A stretch of 64,000 nt of DNA, from NCBI RefSeq assembly GCF_028641065.1, contig NC_073384.1, positions 17,422,001-17,486,000 on the forward strand, written 5' to 3'. The notes under the pieces are model-generated. The model was not told the DNA's origin and ran no database searches. It worked only from the letters and a program-made list of their open reading frames with translations. A program made the translations under genes and the position numbers. Below, piece after piece: positions 51,505-63,618 of the stretch. Positions within the stretch are counted from its first letter, which is position 1; each line of letters opens with the position of its first letter. The stretch comes from Leucoraja erinacea. Taxonomy: Eukaryota.

Positions 51505-51703
51505 TAAATGTCACGAGATCAAGGAACAGGAAGACTTTGGGCAAAACCAGATTAAAAACAGCAAATGACGATTTAAATTTACTGTGTTTGTTTGCAAATT
51601 CAATAAACATATAAATAAGGCTGCTAAGCTAAGTGGGAAATTAACCATGTCTGATTACAAGTGGTTGGAACTGAGAAAGACGCAATGTGCTGGAGTAATT
51701 TAT

Positions 51704-52255
51704 GGGCCTGTCCCACATAGGTGATTTTTCAACGGACTGTAGGCGACTGTCAAGTTGCCAGCAGTCGCCAGAAAAACTAGCAACTGGAACAGTGAATGTC
51801 AGAGTGGAACACAAACATATTGCTTCCTTCATCAGCCCGTTATGCAGGCGGAAGACAGGGTAAGCGGGGGGAGAGTGCTGTCTAAAAAATTCACACGGTG
51901 CAAAGCCAAGGTGAAACAGACACACACCGCAATGTAAAAAGACAGCTAACGCAAGTCCTTTAAAAGATGGAGGGAGAAGGAGTGGAGACAACCTTTAATA
52001 GGCCAGAGATACACGGCTGTGAAGCTTGGCGAACATTTAACATTTTACCAGTCGGTTATCCTTGGTTCTGAAAACTACCCTTTTTCCCCCAATGAGCCAA
52101 TGAAATTCAGCACTGATTACAACCTACGAGAACCTCCGATCTCCTGGTAACCCACTCGGACCTCCTGGCGACCCACCAATGGCACGAGAATTCTCTCTAC
52201 TCTCCATGGCGGCTTCATTCTAGTCGCTGCTAATTTTTCAACATGTTGCAGGAAC
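51704..52255 (+). mobile_element. Harbinger-like non-autonomous element, partial
   Basis: Begins GGGCCTGTCCCAC, related to the terminus of the MITEs at 6041 and 58646. Right end not found. Confidence 0.45.
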
Positions 52256-52264
52256 TCCTCAAAG

Positions 52265-53281
52265 AAACATAGACATAGAACATAACTGCAGGAGGCCATT
52301 CAGCCCTTCGAACCAGCACCGGCATTCATTCATGATCGTCCACAATCAATAACCCGTGCCTGCCTTTTCCCCATAACCCTTGATTCCACTAGCCCCTAGA
52401 GCTCTATCTAACTCTCTCTTAAATCCATGCAGTGATTTGCCCTCCACTGCCCTCTGTGGCAGGGAATTCCACAAATTCACAACTCTCTGGGTGAAAAAGT
52501 TTTTTCTCATCTCAGTCTTAAATGGCCTCCCCTTTATTCTAAGACAGTGGCCCCTGGTTCTGGACTCGTCCAACATTGGAAACATTTTTCCTGCATCTAG
52601 CTTGTCCAGTCCTTTTATAATTTTATATGTTTCTATAAGATCCACCCTCATCCTTCTAAATTCCAGTGAATACAAGTCTAGTCTTTTTAATCTTTCCTCG
52701 TATGACAGTCTCGTCAATCCCAGGGATCAATCTCGTGAATCTACACTGCACTGCCTCAATTGCAAGGATGTCCTTCCTTAAATTAGGAAACCAAAACTGT
52801 ACACAATGCTCCAGATGTCTTACCAGAGCCCTATACAACTGCAGAAGAACCTCTTTACTTCTGTACTGAAATCCTCTTGTTATAAAGGCCAACATTCCAT
52901 TAGCTTGCTTCACTGCCTATTGTACCTGCACGCCAACTTTCAGTGTCCGGTGTACAGACACCCAGGTCTCGCTGCACCTCCCCCTTACCTAACCTAACCC
53001 CATTGAGATAATAATCTGCCCCCCATCGGCCCACTCACTCAACCTTCTAACATCCTCTTCACAGTTCACACTGCCACCCAGCTTTGTGTCATCCGCAAAC
53101 TTGCTAGTGTTGCTCCTAATTCCCTCTTCCAAATCATTAATTAATATGGTAAACAGCTGCGGCCCCAACACCAAGCCTTGCGGCACTCCACACGCCATTG
53201 CCTGCCATTCTGAAAAGGACCCGTTTACTCCTACTCTTTGCTTCCTGTCTGCCAACCAATTTTCTATCCATGTCAACACCC
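52265..53281 (-). mobile_element. CR1 LINE 3' fragment
   Basis: RT C-terminal motifs on the minus strand plus 3'UTR. Confidence 0.9.
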
Positions 53282-54179
53282 AGACCATAACACCCCCACC
53301 ACCGTGTTTCACAGATGAGGTGGTATGCTTTGGATCTTGGGTAGTTCCTTCTCTCCTCCATACTTATATCACTCTGATATAAGTTAATCTTCCTCTCATC
53401 TGTCCACAAGACCTATTTCCAGAACTGTAGTTGCTCTTTTAAGTACTTGTTAGCAAACTGTAATCCGGCCATCCTACTTTTGCGGCTAACCGGTGGTTTG
53501 CATCTTGCAATGTAGCATCTGTATTTCTGTTCATAAAGTCTTTTGCGGACAGTGATCATTGACAAATCCACACCTGACTCTTCAATAGGGTTTCTGATCT
53601 GTCAGACAGGTATTTGGGATTTTCCTTTATTATAGAGAGAATTCTTCTGTCATCAGCTATGGGGGTCTTCCTTGGCCTGCCAGTCCCTTTGCAATTAGTA
53701 AACTCACTAGTGCTCTCTTTCTTCTTAATAATGTTCCAAACAGTTGATTTTGGTAAACCTAAGACTTGACTGATGTCTCTAACAGTTTTATTCTTGTTTC
53801 TCAGTCTCATAATGGCTTCTTTGACTGTCATTGGCACAGCCTTGAACCTCATGTAATAAAAGTTTCTACAGGTGATGGAAAGACTGGAGAAAAGAGCTCT
53901 TATACCTGCATTAAGTAGCCAATTAAACACACCTGAGCAATTACAAACACCTGTGAAGCCATGCGTCCCAAACATTTTGGTGCCCTGAAATGGGGGAACT
54001 ACGTATAAACACAGCTGTAATTTCGGTGAAACCAAAATGTATAAAACTGGCCTTTAATGAAATCTGACAACGTGCACTTTAACCACATGTGATCTTTTCT
54101 ATTACAAATCTCAAATTGTGGATACAGAGGCAAATAAATAAATGATTGGTCATTGTCCCAAACATTATGGAGGGCACTG
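53281..54179 (-). mobile_element. Second Tc1-like transposon, 5' half only
   Basis: TA|CAGTGCCCTCCATAATG terminus at 54179. Paired-like domain VKEAIMRLRNKNKTVRDISQVLGLPKSTVWNII...GRPRKT, WTDE and KHGGGGVMVW. Truncated against a CR1. Confidence 0.88.
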
Positions 54180-55012
54180 TAGACCAGATTGAGAAAGCAC
54201 GCAGGATTGTTGGCTTTATATAGGAACATAGAAAATAGCAGGAGGAGGCCATTTGACCCTTTGAGCCTGCACCGGCATTCATTGTGATCATGGCTGATCA
54301 TCCACAATTAGTGACCCTTGCCTGCCTTCTCCCCATATCCCTTGATTCCGCTAGCCCCTAGAGCTCTATCTAATTATCTTTTAAATTCATCCAGTGAATT
54401 GGCCTCCACTGCCTTCTGTGGCAGAGAATTCCATAAATTCACAACTCCCTGGGTGAAAAAGTTTTTCCTCATCTCAGTTTTAAATGGCCTCCCCTTTATT
54501 CTTAGACCGTGGCCTCTGGTTCTGGACTCTCCCATCATTAGGAACATTTTTCCTGCATCTAGCTTGTCCAGTCCTTTTATAATTTTATACGGTTCTATAA
54601 GTTCTCCCCTCATCCTTCTAAATTCCTGTGAATACAAGCCCAGTCTTTGCAATCTTTCCTCATATGACAGTCCCGCCATCCCGGGGATTAACCTCATGAA
54701 CCTACGCGGCACTGCCTCAATCGCAAGGATGTCCTTCCTCAAATTAGGAGACCAAAACTGAACACAATACTCCAGATGTGGTCTCCCCAGGGCCCTGTAC
54801 AACTGCAGAAGGATCTCTTGACTGCCCACTGTACCTGTATGTTTACTTTCAGTGATTGGTGTACAAGAATACCCAGTTTTTGTTGTGCTTCTCTTTTTCC
54901 TAATCTGACACCATTGAGATAATAATCTGCCTCCTTGTTCTTGCCACCAAAGTGGATAACCTCACATTTATCTACATTATACTGCATCTGCCATGCATCT
55001 GCCTATTCACAG

Positions 55013-55783
55013 TGTTAATATTGGCCAAAATAGAGATATATATAAAAAATGGAGGATAATTACATCTGCAGAACCTGTTGGGTCAATTTCTGTATAAAGC
55101 TGAAAGCTGCAAATTGGTACCAGGAAGTCTAGGTCCTAGATTGAACTATTAGATAAAGTGAGGTTAAGATATCCTCTCTATTGTTAAAATGTAAGTACTT
55201 TGCAGAGAAACCCAAAGGTGTTGCAGATGCATTAGCACGATTGGCCCGCTGCAGAAGGGTTGTAAATACTGTTAATAATGTTGCAAGGTGTTTGTGTTAC
55301 TGTTTGATGATTGGCTGAAGTGTGAAGCCTTGTTTGAATTGTTTATACTCCCCAGGAGAATGTTGGGTCAACTGACTTCTTTCCAGAAGCTTCTGTAGAA
55401 ACATTGTAATGGGGTGCTTTGTAATTGTGTTGGGGAATTGTCATTAACACTTTAATGTAATCGATATCTGTGATTGGTTTGTAGGGATACCACCCCCATG
55501 TAGATCTGCCCCACAGGGTTTGACGACCGATAAAAGGTAACCCCCATGAGGTTCGTTGTCGATCTTCTGGAGGAGCACTTGGGACTTGGGATTTTTGGAG
55601 GTATCTGTTTGCACGAGGCTGAAGGGCTTGGATAAGCAGAAACAAGGATCTAACCCGCGGTGTGGTTAGGTATCGTATAGGGGATTTGTTACTGTTTCAT
55701 AAAATAAAGATTAGTGGTCCAGCGCTTGACTCTGTGTTTTACTGAACTAGACTAAGTGGGTTAACTCTAGGAGCTTAATTACA
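55013..55783 (+). repeat. ERV 5' LTR (771 bp)
   Basis: TG...CA ends, TATA-like GATAAAAG near 55530, AATAAA near 55703, direct repeat of 61975-62749. Confidence 0.93.
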
Positions 55784-55784
55784 T

Positions 55785-55802
55785 TGGGGGCTCGTCCAGG
55801 AT
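55785..55802 (+). promoter_or_regulatory. Primer-binding site, tRNA-Pro
   Basis: TGGGGGCTCGTCCAGGAT, one mismatch to the MLV-type PBS-Pro TGGGGGCTCGTCCGGGAT, directly after the LTR. Confidence 0.9.
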
Positions 55803-57423
55803 CACAATGGGCCCCAGACGCAAGTTTGCGATTGAGGGTGTTGAACTGTTCCCAATTGCGACGGGAGAAATCGGCGCCAGGGTGCGGTTTTCACATCGGT
55901 TTTCGCACTTCGCTAGTCGGAGCGGATTGGTCATTCACGAACTTGGTTGGGGTTCTCAACTAGATCGTAGAACAGTGGTCCAGCAAGCACTGAGGGCATT
56001 CCTGCCTTTTTGGGGTTTGAGGCCCTTCCCTTCTCAGGGGTTCAAGATTCCCTAAAAACTAAGTCGACAGCGCTGTTGCAAAATCCAACCGTTAGGCATC
56101 ATTGACATCAAAAATAAGTGAGTGGTTTGAGGCTCTGCCCAGACTTGGATATCCGATTGGCTGGATATTTGAAAACAGGACTGGGTCTAAACAGTACTAA
56201 GAGGAGAAGTACTGCATCATTGCTGGGGTGCAAATTGGAAAGACACACTAAAGATCAGCATGAAGCGATTACGCGCTGACACCCAGTACCAAGCAGATGG
56301 AAAGGAAGAAGCCCGAAAGGGTGAGTCTATGTGGGTTCGAGTCCCCACCTGTGTGGGAATATCTGGATCTCTAAAAAGACGGGGGATGAGTCCCGTAAAG
56401 GTACTGGGAACTCAGTGGTTAAAGTATAAATTGGCCGAAAATGCTTTTAACCAATCCTAAGAATTTCATAATCCAGGATTTTGAACTTGCGTGTTAAATA
56501 CAAAATTGGATAAAGAATAAAAGAGCTGAAAATGTTTTGATTCAAATTTACCTAAATTCAGGATGTCATATTGAGGTGCTGGTTAATTCAAAATGTATAC
56601 ATTTTCTTCCAAGTTAACTTGTGTATAATAAATACTTTGTTTAAATTGTTGATAGTTAAGATTTGTGAAGCTACATTTAAAGTGTGTTTAAGACTTGTTG
56701 ATTGTTTCATTGTATTTACGGTGTATTGTTTTTGATTTATATTTTGAATGTTGAATACATTGTTGTAATAGTGGTTCGAATCGACTGTATAAGAACATAG
56801 TTTGATTGCGACTGCTATTTTGGAGTCCGACTTGTGGCTATTCAGCCACGAATCCTTCTGATCGCTGTATCAAGGGAATTGTTCCATTGGTTGAAAACAC
56901 CACGAGGAGGGATTAAAATATATTGTGATTTGTTTTTGAAATTGTGTAGTTAACAAATGCTTGTAATTTATATTGGAGTGTTTTTTCGTATGATAGTAAT
57001 AAGTGGTATAGTTTCCTGTATAAGTACGATTTTGCTTGCATGGTTTGAATTTATTTGTTTGTGTTAGATTAAAGTGTTTTGAGTGTGAGAGATTGCTGTT
57101 GAATGGTGTATTCGATTGTTCACTGAAGCACCTTAATTTGGTCGACCAAATATTGTTTTGGAATTGTTGAAAGTGTATGAGTTGAGTGTGAATTTTGGGA
57201 GATTGTTAAGGAATTTGGGTACCCGATTGAAAAGATCGATAGTGCGATTGTGTTGAGAAAAGTGCGAGAATGTTGACGCGCTACGGAGCTTTTGGCCATT
57301 GTTCCGGAACGAGTTTGATAGCCTCGGAAATAGTGAGGGAAGTGCGAATTGTTCAGGTGGAGTGAATTGTTTGGAAATTTATTTCCATTGTCTGCAAGCA
57401 TGGGAAATTACGTGGAGCGAGAT

Positions 57424-59730
57424 ATGACTAGCGAATCTGAAAGCCCATTGCAATGAATATGTAATGAATTTCCACAGAAAGCTGAGAGGTTGAGAATTTT
57501 TTCTGAGGCATTGAACAAGGAATTAGGGGACGAATTTTGGCTGAAGGGTGGCATTAAAACATTGAAGGGAATAAGGTATATTGAATGAATTATTTGACAA
57601 TTTACCAAAGGAATTAATAGGATTGTGGAGAACATACTATACAATGCGAAAGACAAATAGAGAAGTTGTAAGAATGACAAATTGGAAGAGAGAAACCTCG
57701 CGGCTTGGCATAGAGCTACAAGATACTGGAGTCTATCAACCTCTAGGTACCTTGAGAAAGGAGCAGGAGTGTATTAGGGAGCAGGAAAAGGGAAGAGGGA
57801 AATCTTCCAGAGTGAAACTGGCCCCCACAGTTCTTGAATTTAAGGACCCGGTGGTTGGCATTGACCTTAAAGGTGAGGAAGGCGGTTATTTAAAGAGGTG
57901 GGAAGGCTTTCAAATTAGAGATTCCCTTTATCCTTCTCACATCCCCAGTTCAGATATACCTTGTTTAGCCTGTGAACACGGCACACATTTGAATTTGGCA
58001 GCGCCCTTAACTCCACTTACTAAATTCACATCAAAGCTTGTTTCACCAGCAGTGGTGACACCAGCAATGGATTCTTTGGTCCCAGTTGCTTCACTGGCAA
58101 TAGATAGTTCAGTAGCTCACAAAACTAGGAGGAAAATTAGAATGGGGCCAGTGTTCAGAGATAAGAGCTTTACAGGAATAGTAAAGTCCCCAAAGTGCCT
58201 TTGTGAACCTGTGCCTGGACGAATCAGACCGGCAGCATGAGATCATAAGGAATCATTTGAAAAATGGCGTGATTCCCTTAGTGAAGAGAGGAGTGAGACA
58301 ATGGCTGGAGATACTAAAACAAATTCCGATATAGCATATATCATGAGAGCAGAGCGAATAACCCGTAGGCAGTTTCCAGTTAGGAAAGTGCCTGCCCCTA
58401 CTTTTGATTTGGTTAGTGCAGTGGGTGCAAATAATTCCCGTTCCACAGATGTCCACACCTCATGGAAGCCTAATGAAACGACGACAGTACTGGGTAAAAT
58501 TCCTGATAAAAAGAAATTCCCTGCTTCCTTCAAAGAATACGTAAAAATTACAATGCGTGGGCCTTGTGCAGACTCCCAAGACCTATGGGTGGTGGTGCAA
58601 CAGTCAGTTATTCCTACAGAAAATATCAGATTTCTAGCAGCCATATGCCCCTGTCACACTTGGGAAACCTGAACGGAATCCTCTGGAGACTTTGCGCCCC
58701 ACCCAAGGTTTCCGTGCGGTTCCTGGAGGTTGCAGGTGGTTGCCGGAGGTTGCAGGTAGTGGAAGCAGGTAGGGAGACAGACAAAAACCTCCGGGAACCT
58801 CTGGGAACCGCACGGAAATGGGGCGCAAAGTCTCCAGACGTTTCCTAAGTGGGACAGGGGCATTAGGATATCCAACATATGAGGATGGAATGGCAGAGGA
58901 TAGTGCAAGAGAAGAGGCAGGCCCTTGCAAATACCTTTCAAAGACCAGTTGATCCAGCTAGAAGTGTGGAAATAAAACCTAAGAAAGGGCAGGAAGATCA
59001 GCCTGCAGATAAAACAACGACAGAGTGCATGGCTAAAAAAGAGACTCAAAAATTAGACTTAGGACGGGCAAATCCAAAAGTAATGGCAGATTGTGAATTT
59101 GAAATCTTGGAAAAACAATTCCCACCAGATTACCTCAATGACATACCTGCTTCGGAGCCGATTTCCCCTAAACTGCATTGGAGAAGGAATGGAGTGGTAG
59201 CAGCAGATCAGTGCTATGTTTGTGGTGAAACAGGGCTTTGGAACAGATCATGTCCAATGAAAGAACGGACAGGAGGAAGGGGTCAAAGAAGTGGGTCACG
59301 AGGTCTGAGGAACCTTTGGGACCTTAGAGGTTACAGGAACACGCGAGATCCTAGGGAATATAGAAGACCTTTAAATCCTAGGGATCGGGAAGAGCAGAGA
59401 GTGAGCTGGCCAGAGGGTCAGGGATCAAGAAAAGAGACATCCTTCTCACAAACTAACCCATTTTCGCAGTCCTGATCTGCCAGCCAGTCCAGAATTACAG
59501 ACAAAATAACCTGACCCCTGCCTCAAGACCTATTAGAAGAATCTAAGGGAGTTGAGTACACCCTCCTCATAGCACTGAGAATGGTACAGGGAAGACAAGG
59601 GAGAATAACCCCGAGAAAAAAACTGCACAAAGCCCCACATAACCTGGAGCCAGGACTCTAAAGAAAAGTAGCAGCCTCGGGAGTCTGCTTCAATTGTAGC
59701 CAATTAGATCACTGGAGCAAGGAAGGCCCA
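57424..59730 (+). pseudogene. gag: ERV gag remnants (two degenerate CCHC knuckles)
   Basis: Broken frames starting MTSESESPLQ...FWLKGG. CYVCGETGLWNRSC at 59212-59253 and CFNCSQLDHWSKEG at 59686-59727. Interrupted by a MITE. Confidence 0.7.
58646..58862. mobile_element. Same MITE family inserted into ERV gag
   Basis: Near-identical to 6041-6266, with small deletions in the right arm. Confidence 0.85.
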
Positions 59731-60254
59731 ACAGAGAGACAAAGTAGAACAAAGTATGTGAAGAAATTAGAGGCAATAAAGAAACTAAGAAGAGAGACAA
59801 AGTAACTGTGGTGAGATGAAGGAACTCGATGGGAATAAGATTTGGCACTAGTTGAAAGAAGAGGAGGGAGCTGTAGGATACACTGAGGTACCAGTAAGAA
59901 CCAGCAGAGGCAAGAGACCGAGGAGCAATAGTAGAGAGAAACAATCATTATGACAGACCCGAACAATTAGAGCAAATATGTCTAACTGAAATGTTGTTGA
60001 GTTTTATCAGGCCTCCAGGACAGTGTTACCTATCTACGTCATTATCTGGGGAGTGAGGTATACAAGCATGTGAGCCCTCTAGAACGGGCAGAAGACACAG
60101 CTCAGGTAAGATGTGTGGGCATCAATCCCATCCATGTAGCTCCCCAGAAAGTGGTAATACTTTTCCAAGAAGATCATAGGCCACCAGCAACACTGACAAA
60201 TTGATTCGGGAAATGCCAGAATAAAACTAAAATAAAACTATCCAAGAGAACTAT

Positions 60255-61460
60255 AAGAATTGCTCCTCACAGTAACATCCTTACTGTTGCAGCTCTGAAA
60301 CTGAAAGAAGAAAATCAATATAAACTGATACGAAATTTAACAGCAATTAACTCAGTTGAAAAGCTGCTCCATACATATACTAGTGCCAAACCCTGCTAAC
60401 ATCTTAATTAACCTAACACTCTGTGCCAGCAAGGAAGACGAATCGAGTCACAGTAATTTAAAAAGGTACAGGATGCCTCCAGAGAGATCATCACGGCAGG
60501 CTCCAACTTTGGAAAGATCATTGTACACAAATCCCTTCTAGCTCTACTTTGTCTGAACGGGCTATCTCAAGTCTAAAAATATAGGAATAGACATTGATCT
60601 GTAACCAGGGGCACCCACATTTAACTACCCTCTATCAGGAAATTATTGAAATGACTTTAAAATCTAACACTTAACAAGGGCCTATCAGGATCTATTTCAG
60701 AGATAATTTAATATTTTGATTTGGGCACATTATATAAATTAACATAGTATATTTTCTTATCTCATCCCCAGAAGAGCAGTCAGAAGCGGGACAGGACTAT
60801 TCAGTGGGCATCAAGGAGAGAACAGTCCCTAGCAGATGTCAGGAATTGTGGCACTAATCTGACAGTACAAATACCCTGGGAACGTGAGATAATAGTACAA
60901 CAGTAATAAGATAGATTAAAAGTGAGTAACAAGTCTCCCTCCAAGAGGTCAATGCTAACCACCTAGGGAGAAAGAACTATTATTGTCTATAAGTCTATTT
61001 AAAACATTAAAGAAGGATTCCATCAAATAAGAAAAGGAGCCAAGGTTGTAGGTGTTTGTTGTCAAAGACGACGTTTGCGGCCGGTGGATCAAAACTTGTC
61101 CAACCCTTAATAATAATAAAGCAGCTACTGTTATCAAGGAGTTGAAGAAAAATTATCCCTAGATTTGGCATCCTTATTCGACTGAGTTTAAATAATGATC
61201 CACGTCATATTGGAACAAATTAATAACAATTATGCGAACAGCTGGGAATCCAGCAGCAATTGTATTGTGAATATCGACCACAAGCAGCTGGATTTGTTGA
61301 AAGGTCAGATGAAACCCTTAAAACTAAAATTAGCTAAATTAAAGGCAAGACTGAAATTGGTTTATTTGTTTGATTAAATTACTTCCCATAGTTTGCTTCA
61401 AATAGGAGTCATGCCTGTCGGGGAATCTGGACTGAACCCAGCTGAAATCATTATGATAGA
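60255..61460 (+). pseudogene. pol: ERV pol remnants (RT N-terminus and integrase core)
   Basis: YKLIRNLTAINS...VPNPANIL resembles RT YRMVQDLRAVN...VPNPYTL. PRFGI...LCEQLGIQQQLYCEYRPQAAGFVERSDETLKTK...LPIVLLQIGVMP...GLNPAEIIM resembles integrase. Many stops and deletions. Confidence 0.75.
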
Positions 61461-61962
61461 CCCTCAAGAATGCCATACCATAGAATCAAAATGTAACACA
61501 AATGATCAATCTCCATCATGTGACTACGGAGATGACCGACCACGTTCTAGCCTTGACTTTAGTGTTGAGAGAATTATGTAGTAGAGTAGGAGCAGTGTAT
61601 AGGGAGAGGCCTTTTGTTGAAGATAGAATGAAAAAATGCATGGGTACATCTCCACCACTGTAAGAATATCAGTGGAAATAGGGACTGCTATTACTTTATT
61701 CCAAGTTCTCTTCGAAACTTCATACTCTACTATGGATCAATCACAGATGAATTATCAAGATGGATGGAGGGGATTTGTGCCCATGAAAACTCGGGAGGTG
61801 AAGACTCATCAGACGGAAATCATGAAGATATGCCCATGAAAACTCGGGAAGCTTGATGAAATTCTGGGAAAATACATCAGCATCTTTTTGTTAAGATATC
61901 TGTTAGAATGAAGCAAGCATTGTTGTACTTTGGTTATCATTAATGATTGGTTATCATATGAT

Positions 61963-62749
61963 GGAAGGGAGGAATGTTAATATTGGCCAAAATAGAGATA
62001 TATAAAATGGAGGGTCATTGCATCTGCAGAACCAGTTTGGTCAATTTATGTGCAAAGCTGAAAGCTGCAAATTGATGCCAGGAAGTCTAGGTCCTAGATT
62101 GAGATAAGGCGAAGTCCAGATGTCCTCTCTATTGTTAAAATGTATGAGTACTTTGCAGAGAAACCCAAAGGTGTTGCAGATGCATTAGCAAGATTGTCCC
62201 GCTGCAGAAAGATTATAAATACTGTTAATAATGTTGCAAGGTGTTTGTGTTACTGTTTGATGATTGGCTGAAGTGTGAAGCCTTGTTTGAACTGTTTATA
62301 CTCCCTGGGAGAATGTTGCATTACTTGGGTCAACTGACTTATTTCCAGAAGCTTCTGTAGAAACATTGTAATGGGGTGCTTTGTAATTGTGTTGGGGAAT
62401 TGTCAATACCACTTTAATGTAATCGATATCTGTGGTTTGCAGGGATACCACTCCAATGTTGATCTGCCCCACAGGGTTTGATGACCTATAAAAAGTAACC
62501 ACCACGAGGTTCACAGTCGATCTTCTGGAGGAGCACTTGAGACTGCGTAACCTTTTGAAGGTATCTGCTTACATGAGGCTGAAGAGCTTGGACAAGAAGA
62601 GACAAGGATCAATCCCGCGGTGTGGTTAGGTATCGTATAAAGGATTTGTTAATGTTTCATAAAATAAAGATTAGTGGTCCAGTGCTTGACTCGGTGTTTT
62701 ACTGAACTAGACTAAGGGGGGGGGGGTTAGCTCTAGGAGCATAATTACA
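61963..62749 (+). repeat. Polypurine tract (61963-61974) and ERV 3' LTR (61975-62749)
   Basis: GGAAGGGAGGAA directly before TGTTAA. TATAAAA near 62487, AATAAA near 62663, ends TTACA. Confidence 0.93.
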
Positions 62750-63542
62750 ACTCAACCTGTCCAAGTCACCCGGCAACCTCCTGGCATCCTCCATAGTTCA
62801 CACTGCCTCTCAGTTTTATGTCACCTGCTAATTTACTAATGTTACTTTTAATCCCATCATCTAAATCATTAATATTGTAAATAGTTGTGGCCCCCGAGTA
62901 ATAATCAAGAAGAATTGAGCAATAAGGATGTGACAAGATCTTATTGAGGTATTTGAAATCATTAGACATTCAAGAGAAACTGTATCCATTATGGGAGGGG
63001 TCTAACGTGAGGAACATTTTTTGCTTACACACGGTGAATGGTTGACATCTAAATAATTAAATAGGCTTGAGAGGCTGTGAGAAATGCAAGGGGCAGCTTG
63101 GATTATGTTGATAACCAGAGAAGCATAGTATTACTTAGGCACTCGGGAGAGACTTTATTGAATAAAGGTGGCAGAATGGTAGCGCAGCATTATAGTTGCT
63201 GCCTTACGGCAACAGGGACCCGGTTTCGATCCTGACTATGGGTGCCGTCTATATAGTTTGTACGTTCTCCCCGTGACCACGTTGTTTTTCTTCGGGTGAT
63301 CCGGTCTCCTCCCATATTCCAAAGGCGTACAGGTTTGTAGGGAGTTCTGGTTTGTAGATTAATTGGCTTTGGTAAATTTGTAAAAATTGTCTCTCGTGTG
63401 TAGGATAATGCTAGTGTATGGGGATTGCTGATCGGCCTGGACTCAGTTGGTCGAAGGGCCTGTTTCCATGCTGTAACTCCAAATTAAACTAAAGGTATGA
63501 AGGTGTTGATAAATGCACGGCCCTGCACACAGAATTACGCAC

Positions 63543-63618
63543 CTGTACCATCTGTGATACACTGTGTCGCGGCCAGTAACGTGATGAAGGGAACGAGTGA
63601 AATGTGGAGACGAGACAT
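63543..63618 (-). CDS. Butyrophilin/B7-like Ig gene: signal-peptide exon
   Basis: ATG at 63618 just after a TTTCAACAG acceptor, implying an upstream 5'UTR exon. Hydrophobic leader MSRLHISLVPFITLLAATQCITDGT. ACAG|GTGCGT phase-1 donor matches the IgV exon. Confidence 0.75.

Larger units (their letters stand above)
55013..62749 (+). mobile_element. Endogenous retrovirus, class I (gamma/epsilon-like), two LTRs, decayed and internally deleted
   Basis: Paired LTRs TGTTAA...TTACA, PBS-Pro, PPT, gag zinc knuckles, RT and integrase remnants. It splits a CR1 whose sequence resumes after the 3' LTR (degenerate 4-bp TSD acag/actc). Confidence 0.93.
54225..62893 (-). mobile_element. CR1 LINE split by the ERV (54225-55012 and 62750-62893)
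   Basis: ...GCATCTGCCTATTCACAG | ERV | ACTCAACCTGTCCAAGTCACC... rebuilds the contiguous CR1 sequence seen at about 28840-28870. Confidence 0.88.
39394..63618 (-). pseudogene. Whole butyrophilin/B7-like locus: possible pseudogene or tail-less variant
   Basis: Exon order leader-IgV-IgC-TM-heptad is intact with canonical splice sites. There is a frame conflict at IgV/IgC and a stop within the TM exon. Confidence 0.5.

Noticed and set aside
61779-61849. Direct repeat GCCCATGAAAACTCGGGA x2 (CRISPR-like spacing)
   Set aside because: Only two units, inside a vertebrate ERV; an ordinary short duplication.
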